Source of the DNA: Paraglomus brasilianum
Lineage: Eukaryota
Assembly (NCBI GenBank): GCA_910592345.1
Contig: CAJVPI010000022.1
Coordinates: forward strand, 62,001 to 83,883
Direction of reading: 5' to 3'
Length of the DNA: 21,883 nt
Position numbers and translations under genes: made by a program. Shown piece by piece: positions 21,219 to 21,883 of the stretch. The notes beneath the pieces are model-generated. The model was not told where the DNA came from and ran no database searches. It saw nothing but the letters and a program-made list of their open reading frames with translations. How positions within the stretch are numbered: position 1 is the first letter of the stretch; the number at the start of each line of letters is the position of its first letter.

Positions 21219-21883
21219 CTGTCAAATATTTGAGCAAGATATTTCTGGCACCGTTCGTGTCCCGATCCATCTCCACTTCGCACGAATCACATTTGAACGT
21301 TTTTAATCCTCCGAGGTCATTCTTCACGAACCCACAACACCCGCATGTCTTGGACGTGTATTCCTCGGTGCACTTGATGATCTTGCAAATGCGGAACTCC
21401 CTTGCCTTATGTTGTAAGAACATCCGGAACCTGAAATGCGACCAAGTCAGCATTGCGCGAGCAGTCTTCGACCGAATCTTTCTCTTATTCTTTAAAACCA
21501 TTCTCGAAGATTCGAATTTAGGTAACAAGATGATCTCGTAATTCGTGCACAACCATCTCGTGAGCTGATGATGGCACTCATCTATTAAATGACGGATTCG
21601 TTGTATAACTCGCAACATTTTTTTTTTTAATCTAAATCTTTTTCTCTTGTTTGTTCGCCCTAACGCAAAATCCTTGTCGCTCTGTAATTTGTCATATTTC
21701 TTGGATAGTTTGAATATTTTGTTGAGATCACCATTACCCCACTCGATTAATTGACCGTCAGGATCGTAACCGGTCATAAACGTGCGAACACCTGGATCGA
21801 GTGAGATTACCTTTCCCCGAACATCATCTTGGTTATCGATAATGTCTAGAGGAACGGAAACACACAAGTAAAAATGTCCTAGG
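21199..21883 (-). CDS. Fanzor2 / IS607 TnpB-like RNA-guided endonuclease, C-terminal 227 aa (5' part lies beyond the window)
   Basis: The frame is open to the window edge (LGHFYLCVSVP...). RuvC-I VISLDPGVRTF; RuvC-II canonical position ILLPKF (Pro) with relocated Glu in CTEEYTSKT; Zn finger CGCCG...CDSC; RuvC-III DRDTNGARNI; also the MLTWSHFRFR motif. The visible part is intronless. Confidence 0.93.
   Translation of the reverse strand, partial: LGHFYLCVSVPLDIIDNQDDVRGKVISLDPGVRTFMTGYDPDGQLIEWGNGDLNKIFKLSKKYDKLQSDKDFALGRTNKRKRFRLKKKMLRVIQRIRHLIDECHHQLTRWLCTNYEIILLPKFESSRMVLKNKRKIRSKTARAMLTWSHFRFRMFLQHKAREFRICKIIKCTEEYTSKTCGCCGFVKNDLGGLKTFKCDSCEVEMDRDTNGARNILLKYLTEGQALA

Noticed and set aside
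21089..21541. ORFs 21089-21283 (-) and 21230-21541 (+)
   Set aside because: Alternative-frame or antisense overlaps of the Fanzor ORF and omegaRNA, with no recognisable product.
21618..21628. A11 run in the Fanzor ORF as a frameshift or pseudogenising site
   Set aside because: The frame is preserved (L-K-K-K-M) and conserved motifs on both sides are in the same frame.

Overview
AT-rich eukaryotic DNA with short GT-AG introns. It is most likely an early-diverging fungus (Mucoromycota). The N-terminal WIEQxVxxGYIPYY kinase-TPR architecture points to Glomeromycotina/arbuscular mycorrhizal fungi (inference). From left to right: the 3' remnant of a pogo/Tigger-like transposase; a 2-exon small secreted protein; a 181-bp TA-flanked MITE; two diverged, tandem, intronless paralogs with a shared coiled-coil and acidic tail; a possible F-box relic; a CsbD/LEA-like stress gene; a 5-exon DHA2-type MFS transporter; a fold-back/repeat-rich intergenic stretch; and a 4-exon TKL-like pseudokinase fused to 12 full TPRs. 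At the right edge is the C-terminal half of a Fanzor2 (IS607 TnpB-like) RNA-guided nuclease with an intact catalytic triad. It is followed by a strongly base-paired ~100-nt segment that looks like its omegaRNA scaffold and transposon right end. All gene models, alignments and folds were derived by hand from the sequence; no searches were run.
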